Positions 27,421-36,685 of a DNA stretch of 64,000 nucleotides are shown here, piece by piece. This stretch comes from a virus. The stretch is taken from the IMG/VR virus record IMGVR_UViG_3300032272_000003, positions 32,001 to 96,000 of that record. One strand, given 5' to 3'. How positions within the stretch are numbered: the stretch's first letter is position 1; the number at the start of each line of letters is the position of its first letter. A model generated the notes under the pieces. That model had not been told where the DNA came from. It worked only from the letters and a program-made list of their open reading frames with translations, and did not search any database. Position numbers and translations under genes: made by a program.

Positions 27421-27468
27421 ACTTCAACTTAGATACATCTTCTCATATTCAGTTCAGTGTGTCAACCA

Positions 27469-27678
27469 CTAAATGTTTTTGTATATCGTGTTCTCAATCT
27501 GCCTCAGAGCGGTTTTCAAGCCATGTCTTGACATTCTACCTATTATACTATAAACAGTATCATCAGGTTCTTCACCATACATAGTAACAAAGAAATCTCT
27601 TTGATTGTCGGTGACCAATTCAATTAGTTCCGCCGCCTTCTCTCTCAAGATAACGGTGCTCATCTCTTCAGTTGTCAT
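27469..27678 (-). CDS. Small hypothetical protein inside tRNA array
   Basis: ORF track, 69 aa. Confidence 0.55.
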   Translation of the reverse strand: MTTEEMSTVILREKAAELIELVTDNQRDFFVTMYGEEPDDTVYSIIGRMSRHGLKTALRQIENTIYKNI

Positions 27679-27682
27679 AATT

Positions 27683-27766
27683 TGGTGCCCCAGGAGAGAT
27701 TCGAACTCTCAATCCTCTCGGCGCTGGTTTCTAAAACCAGTGTGTATACCGTTCCACCACCAGGGC
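27683..27766 (-). tRNA. tRNA-Leu(TAG)
   Basis: TTTAGAA loop, long variable arm. Confidence 0.92.
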
Positions 27767-27772
27767 ATTGTT

Positions 27773-27848
27773 TGGTAGCGAGTGTGTGAATCGAACACAC
27801 CTAAAGTGGAATATGAACCCACCGAGTTCACCAGAACTCTAACTCGCC
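27773..27848 (-). tRNA. tRNA-Met(CAT)
   Basis: TTCATAT loop, CCA. Confidence 0.85.
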
Positions 27849-27854
27849 ATAATT

Positions 27855-27929
27855 TGGTAGGACTGGAGAATTTCGAAATCTCGACTTGCCGGGTAAGAGC
27901 CGGGTGCTCTGCCTCTGAGCTACAATCCT
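27855..27929 (-). tRNA. tRNA-Lys(CTT)
   Basis: CTCTTAC loop. Confidence 0.9.
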
Positions 27930-27946
27930 ATAATCTATAATCTATT

Positions 27947-28024
27947 TGGTGGGACCGGAGAGATTTGAACTCTCGCGTTACCGGTTAAAAGCCGGATGCT
28001 CTGGCCAGACTGAGCTACGGTCCC
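27947..28024 (-). tRNA. tRNA-Lys(TTT)
   Basis: CTTTTAA loop. Confidence 0.92.
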
Positions 28025-28025
28025 T

Positions 28026-28099
28026 TGGAGATGAAGAGTGGAATCGAACCACCTTAAGTGGGTTTGCAATCCACCACATAACCATTCTGACACTTCACC
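28026..28099 (-). tRNA. tRNA-Cys(GCA)
   Basis: TTGCAAA loop, U discriminator. Confidence 0.9.
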
Positions 28100-28108
28100 A
28101 CACTAAAT

Positions 28109-28198
28109 TGGAGGTAGGTGTGAGATTCGAACTCACGGAACGCTTTCACGTCCATCTAGTTAGCAACCAGGCACCTTAAACCACTCAGCCAACCTACC
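28109..28198 (-). tRNA. tRNA-Ser(GCT)
   Basis: TTGCTAA loop, long variable arm. Confidence 0.9.
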
Positions 28199-28204
28199 AC
28201 AAAT

Positions 28205-28279
28205 TGGTACTCAGGGGGAATTTCGAAATCCCGACCCTTGCCTTGTAAAAGCACTGCTCTGCCTCTGAGCTACCCGAGT
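28205..28279 (-). tRNA. tRNA-Val(TAC)
   Basis: TTTACAA loop. Confidence 0.88.
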
Positions 28280-28285
28280 AAAAAT

Positions 28286-28369
28286 TGGTACTCCGGGTGG
28301 GTTTCGAACCCACATGGCCGAAGCCGGGGGATTTTAAGTCCCCTGTGTATCCCATTCCACCACCGGAGC
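28286..28369 (-). tRNA. tRNA-Leu(TAA)
   Basis: CTTAAAA loop, long variable arm. Confidence 0.92.
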
Positions 28370-28379
28370 ATGGGGGATT

Positions 28380-28455
28380 TGGCGCTGTGTATGGGGATTG
28401 AACCCATCGATTCTTCCGTGACAGGGAAGCCCGTTCGCCAGCTCGGTCACACAGC
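28380..28455 (-). tRNA. tRNA-Asp(GTC)
   Basis: CTGTCAC loop. Confidence 0.88.
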
Positions 28456-28461
28456 ATTGTT

Positions 28462-28534
28462 TGGTGGAGCTATAGAGAATCGAACTCTACCCAGTCACTT
28501 GCAAGGCGTCCGGTGATACCCATATACTAGCCCC
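28462..28534 (-). tRNA. tRNA-Ala(TGC)
   Basis: GGGGCTA acceptor with G3:U70, TGC anticodon. Confidence 0.85.
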
Positions 28535-28539
28535 TCGTT

Positions 28540-28638
28540 TGGCGGAAGAACAGAGATTCGAACTCTGACGACTACTTACGTAGACCTTCGGTTTTCAAGA
28601 CCGCTGCCGCTACCCAGGTTCTTTCGGCTTACTCTTCC
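28540..28638 (-). tRNA. tRNA-Ser(TGA), enlarged D-loop
   Basis: CTTGAAA loop, long variable arm. Confidence 0.88.
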
Positions 28639-28643
28639 TAAAT

Positions 28644-28721
28644 TGGTCTGCGTGGTTGGATTTGAACCAACGGCTTCTCGGTTCCAAACCGAGAACTCTG
28701 ACCAGACTGAGCTACACACAG
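28644..28721 (-). tRNA. tRNA-Pro(TGG)
   Basis: TTTGGAA loop. Confidence 0.92.
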
Positions 28722-28727
28722 ATTGTT

Positions 28728-28811
28728 TGGTGGTTCGAGTACGAGTTGAACGTACACAGCCATGGGCGTCCGGGTTACAACCGGGTGAACTCGCCAATGT
28801 TCAGTCGAACC
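28728..28811 (-). tRNA. tRNA-Tyr(GTA)
   Basis: TTGTAAC loop, long variable arm. Confidence 0.88.
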
Positions 28812-28840
28812 AATATTCTTTGTCAACCTTTGAGACAATC

Positions 28841-28869
28841 ATTGTAAACCTTAGTTCCAACATTGTCAA
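28841..28869 (-). promoter_or_regulatory. Sigma70-type promoter for tRNA array
   Basis: TTGACA-17-TACAAT. Confidence 0.75.
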
Positions 28870-28966
28870 CCTTAAGTTTGCCTGTTCGTCCCCTGCTGAG
28901 GGCAGAATGCCCTACATAGCCCATCGACAACAGCCCTTCTCAATCCTTGCGATTGAGTCCCATATT

Positions 28967-29041
28967 TGGATCACCCGGTAGGCATCGAACCCACATTTCG
29001 AGATTCAAAGTCTCGCGTCCTACCAATTAGACGACAGGTGA
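28967..29041 (-). tRNA. tRNA-Gln(TTG)
   Basis: CTTTGAA loop, CCA. Confidence 0.9.
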
Positions 29042-29044
29042 ACT

Positions 29045-29260
29045 TTAATCAATCTTCGCATCCGTTATGATAATCTCATAAGTAGGCATACCAGGTATCA
29101 ATACCTTTGGCTTACTCATCACAGTGACCATGGTGAAGTCAGGTAGTTCAATAACCCATCCTTTATTCTCCATCCCATTCTCCAGTGCGATTCTCTTAAG
29201 TTCTTCCTTAATAACCGACACTGCCTGTTCCAAACTTATTGCGTCTACTTCGGCCATCAC
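29045..29260 (-). CDS. Hypothetical protein
   Basis: ORF track. Confidence 0.55.
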   Translation of the reverse strand: MMAEVDAISLEQAVSVIKEELKRIALENGMENKGWVIELPDFTMVTVMSKPKVLIPGMPTYEIIITDAKID

Positions 29261-29303
29261 AACTTCTCCATCTTGATTAGTACTTTATTTAACTTAGAAA
29301 GCT

Positions 29304-29483
29304 TCATATCGATCTCACATTCCGGTCTTGCATCTTATTGCATCGCTTACAGGTGCGTTGTTCTCTTATCTCAATACCACCAAAGCATCCATCATAAGAC
29401 ACTGAGCGTTTGTATTGATCCCACTTACTCCAATCATGGAGCCAGCATCGGGCTTTGAAGAACTTACGTATCCGGTAGATCAT
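29304..29483 (-). CDS. Small Cys/His protein (59 aa)
   Basis: CWLHDWSKW...RTCKRC; promoter TTGACA-17-TAAGAT at 29506-29534. Confidence 0.55.
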   Translation of the reverse strand: MIYRIRKFFKARCWLHDWSKWDQYKRSVSYDGCFGGIEIREQRTCKRCNKMQDRNVRSI

Positions 29484-29545
29484 TAATATGTCCTCATTTG
29501 GGACAATCTTACTGTATTATTATCTCCTTGTCAAATTGTACACAT

Positions 29546-29573
29546 AAAAAAAGAGGCTCCGAAGAGCCTCTTT
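29546..29573 (-). terminator. Terminator after major capsid gene
   Basis: AAAAAAAGAGGCTCCGAAGAGCCTCTTT. Confidence 0.85.
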
Positions 29574-29601
29574 AGTTTCTCACTTAAGAGAGGGTCTTCG
29601 A

Positions 29602-30786
29602 TTAACCGATACCAAGTACCAGGTTAGCCACGTTGGCTCTGCGATAGAAATCACCTGAGTTGCCTAATGAATCGGCAGGGTTGGTAAAGTCTGTCAGGGC
29701 ATAACGAGTCATTAAGCCCATGCGAGGGTTGAAGCTGTCAGCATCTACAATCACACCAGAACTCATAAGAGGAATGTATGGGCTGTAAATAAGGCCAGTA
29801 TCAAGCTCACTAGCACCCTTGTAACCAACTAACAGTTTGTTAGTAGTAGCATGGATGTCTACATAGACACGCATTGATCCGTTAAGGACACCAGCGAACA
29901 GTGTAGAGCTTGGGTTCAGGTCAGGACTTGCCGTAGCAGGAACGAATGAACCGTTGTTTGCATGACGCAATGCTATCAGAACGTTAGGGCTGACAACCAT
30001 CCAGTTTGCACCGGAACGTTTAGTGGCTACTGCGATTTGGTTTGACAGTTCACTGATTGCAATAACCAGGGCTGTAAACTTCTCAGAAGCATAACGACCA
30101 TCGGCGTCGGCAAAGTCAAATACACTTACTGCACCAGCTAGGGTTTCTAGTCGGCCCAGAAGCTCTTTGTCAAGCTCACGAACGATTTCGTCAGACACGA
30201 TTGAAACAAGTTCGTCTTCAAGAATAATACCATGTAGGCTGGCAGCGTCTTGCTGTGCTTCGATGGTCCACTTGGCTTGGAGCTTGCGGCTCTTTGCTTC
30301 AATGGTCTTTTTGACGATTTCAAGGTTCATTTCCTGTCCACCGTTGTTTTCCAAGTGACGGGTAAACTCGTCTGGAAGGGTGAAGGCGTCTACAGTGGTG
30401 TAGTCGGCTTCGGCATTCTGTAAGAAGGTGTACTTCTCATAGAGGTTTACTGCGTTTGCTTCATCATCAGCAGTTGGACCAGTTGCAACAGTGTTACCGT
30501 AACGTGCTTTCAGGGCACGGACGATACCGACTGGAGCGTTCATTGGCTGTACACCAACAAGTTCCATTGCGATAAGGGCAGGGGCAGCACGACGGATGAT
30601 TGGCATTACTACCTTATCAAACTTCGCAATACTATCATTACTGATTGCTGTAAATGAACCAGGAAAAGCTTCAGCAAGATGCTCTTTCTGAATGTCCAGC
30701 ATGGTTTCAGTAATGGTGCGACGAGAACCGTCCAATCCTTCGAGGATTGCAGCCTTCTCTTCTAACCATAAATTTTGATCACTCAT
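29602..30786 (-). CDS. 23: Major capsid protein (gp23-like)
   Basis: LVGVQPMNAPVG, AKSRKLQAKWTIEAQQD, GYKG, YSPYIPL, SFNPRMGLMTRY. Confidence 0.95.
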   Translation of the reverse strand: MSDQNLWLEEKAAILEGLDGSRRTITETMLDIQKEHLAEAFPGSFTAISNDSIAKFDKVVMPIIRRAAPALIAMELVGVQPMNAPVGIVRALKARYGNTVATGPTADDEANAVNLYEKYTFLQNAEADYTTVDAFTLPDEFTRHLENNGGQEMNLEIVKKTIEAKSRKLQAKWTIEAQQDAASLHGIILEDELVSIVSDEIVRELDKELLGRLETLAGAVSVFDFADADGRYASEKFTALVIAISELSNQIAVATKRSGANWMVVSPNVLIALRHANNGSFVPATASPDLNPSSTLFAGVLNGSMRVYVDIHATTNKLLVGYKGASELDTGLIYSPYIPLMSSGVIVDADSFNPRMGLMTRYALTDFTNPADSLGNSGDFYRRANVANLVLGIG

Positions 30787-30833
30787 TATTATCTCCTAAT
30801 AATATCTCGTTGTATAACCTATATTTAGTAATA

Positions 30834-31661
30834 TTAGGCTTTTTTCCCTTGTGAAAGTCTTTTAAGTCTTTCTAAGTAAGCAGCACGATCAGGGTCGACA
30901 ACAGTATCGTCAGATTCGGTAATTACCTTATCGTCTTTCTTATCATCTTTCTTATCATCTGCGTCCACGTCAGCGGTAGATTCTTCAAGTACAGAATCAA
31001 GTGCTCCGTCAAATCGTGCTTGCATCTTGTCAGTTGCAACACCTTCGAGGATGGTCTGCATTACATTACGTTTTGAACCAGTAAGCTGGCCCAGCAGATT
31101 TTCCATCAACTTTTCACGTTGAAGTTCAGATACATTTTCCAGTGCTTCAGATAGTTTATCTTTAGCGGCGGTAAGTTCTGCCTTTATATCAGCTATGTCT
31201 TCGGCAAAGCCGTGACGACTGAATTCATCTTTGAACGCTTCAAACACCATCACGCCAAAACGTGCTCGTTTGGCTTCCATAATGTCACCTTTGATCTCAC
31301 TGATCTCATCGGTAACAGTACCATTTACCATGGCTTCGAAACTCTCTGACAGCTTAGCTGCATACTCTACCTTGAATTCTTCAAGCTTGGTGGCATAGCG
31401 AACTTCCATTTTACGGAAGTAATCAATGTCAGCTTTCAACGATTCAATTTCTGAATCTACAGCTTCGTTGACCATACCAAATAACTTTGAAGAGATTTCG
31501 GTCTTGTCACGTTCAAATTTCTTGGCGAATTCAATCTCCAATTCTCCACGAACAGTTTCATCAACCTGGGTCTTGTAGGCAGTGACGGCTTCTTTAAGAG
31601 CATCCTTAACTTCTGGTGAAAGAAGTTCGTTCTCGAATAAAGCTTTAAATTGGTCACTCAT
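30834..31661 (-). CDS. 22: Prohead core scaffolding protein (gp22-like)
   Basis: LSPEVKDAL coiled-coil; between protease and capsid; CATAAATA at 31695. Confidence 0.8.
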   Translation of the reverse strand: MSDQFKALFENELLSPEVKDALKEAVTAYKTQVDETVRGELEIEFAKKFERDKTEISSKLFGMVNEAVDSEIESLKADIDYFRKMEVRYATKLEEFKVEYAAKLSESFEAMVNGTVTDEISEIKGDIMEAKRARFGVMVFEAFKDEFSRHGFAEDIADIKAELTAAKDKLSEALENVSELQREKLMENLLGQLTGSKRNVMQTILEGVATDKMQARFDGALDSVLEESTADVDADDKKDDKKDDKVITESDDTVVDPDRAAYLERLKRLSQGKKA

Positions 31662-31703
31662 TTGTTAGTCTCCTAATACAATTTGTTATATTGTTATTTA
31701 TGC

Positions 31704-32312
31704 TTATTGAAATAAATCTTCGATAAACTTCAGCATTTCCCTCTTAAAGTACTTTTGTGCTGCTTCGTCATGCACAACTGCCTCTGCCAAACTCTCAAGC
31801 ATCTCGCCCCGTTTATAGAACTCTAAATGCTCGTATACTGATTCTGGATATGCATTAATAGCTGAAGGATTAGCTACTATATCCACGGTCACTAAGTCGA
31901 AACCTTCGACTATACCGGTTGATTCATTTACACTACCACTACCACGGCTAGAAACACCTAGTGGGACACCCGCTTCAATAAGGCTTCTTGCAATCTGACC
32001 CTTTGGGGTCGGAAGGATTAATGCTTTACCGATAGCGTCATCACCCTGCATGTACATCTCAACGATTTGATGAGACACATTCTCCAAACGTACTTCTAGT
32101 GTAGATGGGTGATCCAATTCACCCAGTATTGGGTGACCTTTTGCGGCTTCGTTTACCTTTTGCACTGCTTTTTCAATTTCAGAGCGGAGGTATTGACGGC
32201 CATTGCGATTCTTCTTCTCAGATTCCATAAAGACGCCTTTGATATAGAGGTTTTTGCCCTCTTCAGTGGCTTCTGTTATGATGTTCGAGAAGGTCGTTTC
32301 TGTTATAATCAT
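31704..32312 (-). CDS. 21: Prohead protease (gp21-like)
   Basis: YIKGVFM, NRNGRQY, GELDHP, GVSSRGSG, DIVANPSA. Confidence 0.95.
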   Translation of the reverse strand: MIITETTFSNIITEATEEGKNLYIKGVFMESEKKNRNGRQYLRSEIEKAVQKVNEAAKGHPILGELDHPSTLEVRLENVSHQIVEMYMQGDDAIGKALILPTPKGQIARSLIEAGVPLGVSSRGSGSVNESTGIVEGFDLVTVDIVANPSAINAYPESVYEHLEFYKRGEMLESLAEAVVHDEAAQKYFKREMLKFIEDLFQ

Positions 32313-32374
32313 GATAAGAACTCCCGAAAGTTACAATTGTATACCTATATTTATGCAACTCTCGGGATTATGGG

Positions 32375-32857
32375 TTATTCGTCCCCTTTATCGCTGTCAT
32401 CATTACCGGCATCATCATCGGCACCTTTATCATCAGAACCGTCGTCATCACCGTCTCTGTCTAGCTTATCGCCGTCATCGTCATCGGCATCGCCGTCATC
32501 TAGTATTGGTTTGGTGTTTACTGATTTGGCAACCTGTTTAACAACTGCTTGATGAATTGCATACTTAACAGCATCCTCATCACCAGCCACAAACATGTCA
32601 ACTATGTTGCGGTCACCATCATCCTTATCATCATCCTTATCACCACCATCATCACCACCATCATCACCACCATCACCATCAGCGTCTTTATCAGCGTCTT
32701 TATCAGCGTCTTTATCAGCTTTATCATCAGCTTTGTCGGTGTCTTTATCCAACCCCTTTTCAAGGTCGTTTAATTCGTCGAGAAGGGTATTACGACGCTT
32801 CTCTAATTCGTCTTTGTCTTTGTCTTTGTCTTTGTCTTTGTCTTTGTTATCAGCCAT
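32375..32857 (-). CDS. Acidic low-complexity prohead core protein (gp67/68 position)
   Basis: D/K/G repeats; TATAAATA at 32891-32898. Confidence 0.6.
   Translation of the reverse strand: MADNKDKDKDKDKDKDELEKRRNTLLDELNDLEKGLDKDTDKADDKADKDADKDADKDADGDGGDDGGDDGGDKDDDKDDGDRNIVDMFVAGDEDAVKYAIHQAVVKQVAKSVNTKPILDDGDADDDDGDKLDRDGDDDGSDDKGADDDAGNDDSDKGDE
32620..32847. repeat. In-frame short tandem repeats
   Basis: (TCTTTG)x6, (TCAGCGTCTTTA)x3, TCACCACCATCA repeats. Confidence 0.85.
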
Positions 32858-32893
32858 GTCATCTCCTTTTAAATGTCACTTGTTACTTACTAT

Positions 32894-34501
32894 TTATACC
32901 TCTTCCGGGGCGGGTTCCTCTTCAGCCCTTGGGGCCGGTGCTTCTGCTGGGGCGGCATTAGTTTCATCTGGTGGTTGTACTTCACCACCATCATCACCAC
33001 CAAAGCCACCAGCATTTGCTAAATCGCCTTGCTTGTCTTTATCCAAGTCATTTCGTGCCAAGCTGCCGTCGCCATAGACTGCATTGACTATCTGTTCATC
33101 AGATAGGTCATCATATACCAGACCCATTTCCTGAATCTTCTTCATCTCATTCTCTTCCAGCTCATCATGGGTCAATCCCAGGTACTTCATGAGTGCGAAT
33201 CTCTTGGAAAGAGTGTCAATGGCCTCTGCACTACTATAAACATTGAGCAATGCTGCATTCAATTCCGCTTCTTTATATATAGCGAAGGACTGTGGTAATG
33301 CAATTCGTAGGAACATGTTTGTATCGATGACAACTTCACGCTGGATAGCGTACCTAGCATAATCGACCTCTAATTCCTTAGCAAACATCTTCTGAAGACG
33401 CTTGACGTAACCGGCATAGCGAAGTTCCACTATGTAGGCGGTACCAAGACGGCCATCGTTGTGTGTTCCGCCATCACGACCTTCACTGAAGGTGTCCAGG
33501 TAGCTTGGTGGTATACGTAGTCCAGTGGCAAGTCTCTTGTTGAAGAACTCAAGTTCCTCCATCTGTCCGAGGTTGGCACCACCAGGTAATGTCTCAATAC
33601 GTGATCCTCTACCTTCACCATTCTGGGCGATGTAAAAATCTTCCTGTATGTTGGCAGGGTTGTAAGTGGTATCCACGTCACCACTACCGCCTTTGGCGAT
33701 CTGGCGTTGTTTCATGTCACGCTTGATCTGATTCATGTAGGCTTTAGCCTTCTTGGAAGGCTGATCACCGATATCTATATAGAATACACGACGCTCTGGA
33801 GCACGAACGATACGGTAGATGACCAGAGCATCTTCTAGTAGTTGGTACTGTTTCCAAATACGATGTACTTCATCGAGTACTGATTTGCCGAATGGGCCTT
33901 CGCCAACTTTCAGGATAACCAGTTTATCGATTGGGATAGCTTCAATCTCCGGGTCACCATTATTTTGCTTCTTACCCAGGTCCAACATGTAATGAGTGAT
34001 AGAATCAACATCATTCTCATCCTTCAGCTTATAACCGACAATCTTACGAGCATCTATCTTCTTCCACGACCCGTTTTTAGGTTTACGTTCAAACATAACC
34101 ATACCGTACTTGATGGCTTCACGAGACCAATCAAAGAATCTATGGTCAAGCTTAGTTGCCTTAGTCCAATGTCTCAGGGTACGATTGTGAATCTTGAGAG
34201 TAGATGCCTTTGGTTCATAATCATCAGGGAAATCGATGATGAGTGCATTATCATCATCTGCATTATCAGATGCAATATCTTCTGCAATAATATCCAGGGC
34301 ACGAGAGATATCCATAGAGGTATCCATCCTGTCATATATTTCTAACTTCTCTGGACGCTTATCCGCCATTTGTACCAGCTTGTCAAACCAAGCTGAGTTG
34401 CTATGGTTCGAGGCCATACCAGTACCACGGCCTTTACCGAGTCTAAACCCAACATCGACGGGCTTCCATGTCTTCTCGTACCAACCTTTTGATTCTGCCA
34501 T
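32894..34501 (-). CDS. 20: Portal protein (gp20-like)
   Basis: LLEDALVIYRIVRAPERRVFYIDIG, GRGSRIETLPGG, IPPSYL. Confidence 0.95.
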   Translation of the reverse strand: MAESKGWYEKTWKPVDVGFRLGKGRGTGMASNHSNSAWFDKLVQMADKRPEKLEIYDRMDTSMDISRALDIIAEDIASDNADDDNALIIDFPDDYEPKASTLKIHNRTLRHWTKATKLDHRFFDWSREAIKYGMVMFERKPKNGSWKKIDARKIVGYKLKDENDVDSITHYMLDLGKKQNNGDPEIEAIPIDKLVILKVGEGPFGKSVLDEVHRIWKQYQLLEDALVIYRIVRAPERRVFYIDIGDQPSKKAKAYMNQIKRDMKQRQIAKGGSGDVDTTYNPANIQEDFYIAQNGEGRGSRIETLPGGANLGQMEELEFFNKRLATGLRIPPSYLDTFSEGRDGGTHNDGRLGTAYIVELRYAGYVKRLQKMFAKELEVDYARYAIQREVVIDTNMFLRIALPQSFAIYKEAELNAALLNVYSSAEAIDTLSKRFALMKYLGLTHDELEENEMKKIQEMGLVYDDLSDEQIVNAVYGDGSLARNDLDKDKQGDLANAGGFGGDDGGEVQPPDETNAAPAEAPAPRAEEEPAPEEV

Positions 34502-34544
34502 TTGTTAATCCTTAATCGTTATCATGTATTTATACGTGTTAAAA

Positions 34545-35051
34545 TCAAGCCTTGGTCTTGGCTCGGATGGTAATACGTATATTGTCACCAGTGTCACGGT
34601 TCTCCATGTTCACTATGGTCAATGGGGCTTTGTGGTGTAATCTAATCTCTCGTTCGAACTCACCACGGACGGGGATCATGTTCAGTGCCAGGGTAGTGAA
34701 CATATCAATACTTGTGATCGGTACCATGGCACTTAGTGACCAGTCATCATCAAACGGATTCTTGTTTCTGAATGATATCTCAGAACCTTTCTCGGCCACC
34801 CATGAGGTTCCCATGTGGTTCTTCTTGCTCTCGACTATCTTGGTAGGGTCATCACCACTAAAGACGCTAATAGAGCGGTACAGGAGGTTCATTGATCCCT
34901 TTAGAGACCTGGCAAGGTCTGCTGCCTTCCTGGTAAACAATCGCAAGTCAACATCGCTCGCTTTAAAGTCTTTATGCCGGGTAGTGTTCAACCAGTACTC
35001 AAAATCCTCTTGGTTAAGGCTCACACCTTCGAATAGGTCGTCGATCTTCAT
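34545..35051 (-). CDS. Putative ADP-ribosyltransferase, probably virion-packaged
   Basis: R-S-E motifs LLYR, GTSW, EFEREI; MKIDDLFE leader. Confidence 0.6.
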   Translation of the reverse strand: MKIDDLFEGVSLNQEDFEYWLNTTRHKDFKASDVDLRLFTRKAADLARSLKGSMNLLYRSISVFSGDDPTKIVESKKNHMGTSWVAEKGSEISFRNKNPFDDDWSLSAMVPITSIDMFTTLALNMIPVRGEFEREIRLHHKAPLTIVNMENRDTGDNIRITIRAKTKA

Positions 35052-35566
35052 TACTTCTTAAGTCCTTGCTTGTGAATACTAGTGAACGGGCTTGACTCTT
35101 TCGCTACCGATGGCCATCCTATAAGTGGAATTGGTGACTCTATGACACCTAATAAAATGATCTTGTATCGACGTATGGCTCCGTACATCTGTGGAAATGC
35201 TTTTACAACCGCTCTGTAATCTACCAGGAGAGGCTTTCGCTGCTTGATGCGGGGCTTGTTAGACTGAAGGATGAAGTCGAGTACACCACGTCTTATATTC
35301 GTCGGTACATATCTCAGGTTGAACGCCATCACAGTGTTGTACTTGGATTCGAAAGCGAATGTTAATATCAGTGGTGTTGGGTCAGTATCAAACCCAGCAT
35401 ATACTGCCCTGGCCAGGTTCCCGATGATAAGGGGTTTCTTCTTCTTCTTTTGATATTCTTTGGAATGATATAAATCAACGTTGAGTGTACCTATACCTAC
35501 CTTGATGGTAGATTCGATTTTATCGTAGAGTTGATCCACATTTCCTCTGTTGGTTACTGTAGCCAT
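35051..35566 (-). CDS. 2: DNA end protector (gp2-like)
   Basis: DPTPLIL...AFNLRYVP...R; late promoter 35572-35579. Confidence 0.65.
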   Translation of the reverse strand: MATVTNRGNVDQLYDKIESTIKVGIGTLNVDLYHSKEYQKKKKKPLIIGNLARAVYAGFDTDPTPLILTFAFESKYNTVMAFNLRYVPTNIRRGVLDFILQSNKPRIKQRKPLLVDYRAVVKAFPQMYGAIRRYKIILLGVIESPIPLIGWPSVAKESSPFTSIHKQGLKK

Positions 35567-35972
35567 GAGTATATTTATAGCAGTTAGAAAGTGGGATGTT
35601 ATTCAAAATGATGTATAAACATTTGTTTATGGTTACCATAAGTAATCATTATACAAATAGTTCAAAATCAAGGGAACTAAGTAGTTCTAAAAGTGGTCAA
35701 AATACATGACCCCTAGGGGGAATATTAACAAATCCTCTAAAATTACCTGTTGTATGATGCGAAGCGTAGCGAGTATCATACATAAATCTTGAGTTATTAA
35801 CTGTACGTATCATAGATATTTCAATTGTTATTATGATTTAAGGATTGTGTTTATAGATCGTGATGATTACTGAGAGAAAGTGAATCATAGAAGTTAGTAC
35901 TGCCGTCATTATGTCGTGAAACATATACCTTATACTTCTCTTTAATCATGTTCCAAAGTTCTTCTCCGCTAA

Positions 35973-36365
35973 TCATAGGGTTTCTGCCGACTTGTATAAC
36001 TGATAGTCATCATGTTGCCATAAAGTTAGGTAATCAGCACATAAGTAAGTTCCATTATAATCATATATCTCATAAGCTGTACCAATATATTCAATATTAG
36101 CAACCACCGCGATGTCAAACTCATCGGACATCGCATTGATCATCTTACATAGGTGTTTGTAATATTTGAATCCATCATCTGTCACCGGTATATATCCTAA
36201 GTGCCTACCCCTGTATATGGTATCATCCATCATGGCAGTGTTCTCTCTCCAGAAATCAATGATATAGTTCTCACCACCACCATTCTTGGTGAACTCATAC
36301 TTATGTTTGTGGATATGGGCCATGATTATTCTCTCGAATACTGATCTTGGAGGCATTTTAATCAT
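35973..36365 (-). CDS. Small protein, family A C-terminal motif
   Basis: Ends LWQHDDYQLYKSAETL. Confidence 0.7.
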   Translation of the reverse strand: MIKMPPRSVFERIIMAHIHKHKYEFTKNGGGENYIIDFWRENTAMMDDTIYRGRHLGYIPVTDDGFKYYKHLCKMINAMSDEFDIAVVANIEYIGTAYEIYDYNGTYLCADYLTLWQHDDYQLYKSAETL

Positions 36366-36685
36366 AACATGGTGGCCTTATATAGGGATATTATATTCAC
36401 ATCAGTGGTTCTATAGAGGATTTTAAGCCTCTTACCGACTGCTACGGTGTTATATGCTATACCAATGGCATAGCACCCCTCATTGTCGAAATACTTCTCT
36501 GCTCTTAATATCGCATTCTTCAGATTATTAAGACTTATATTCTGGTTGATGTTATGTATCCATGTATAATGGTTATAAACATCGATGCATACGAGTTGAT
36601 GGCCATAATTACGTTCACTATAGATTGTCCTAATGGCATCCATAACAGCCACATAGTGTAGGTACTTGGTATGATATACGTTCAT
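36362..36685 (-). CDS. Small protein, family A C-terminal motif
   Basis: Ends DVNIISLYKATML. Confidence 0.7.
   Translation of the reverse strand: MNVYHTKYLHYVAVMDAIRTIYSERNYGHQLVCIDVYNHYTWIHNINQNISLNNLKNAILRAEKYFDNEGCYAIGIAYNTVAVGKRLKILYRTTDVNIISLYKATML

Noticed and set aside
28875-28945. Hammerhead ribozyme (CTGCTGA plus stem)
   Set aside because: Lacks the CUGANGA and GAAA core
26257-28981. ORF-track proteins across the tRNA region
   Set aside because: They are translations of tRNA genes or their antisense
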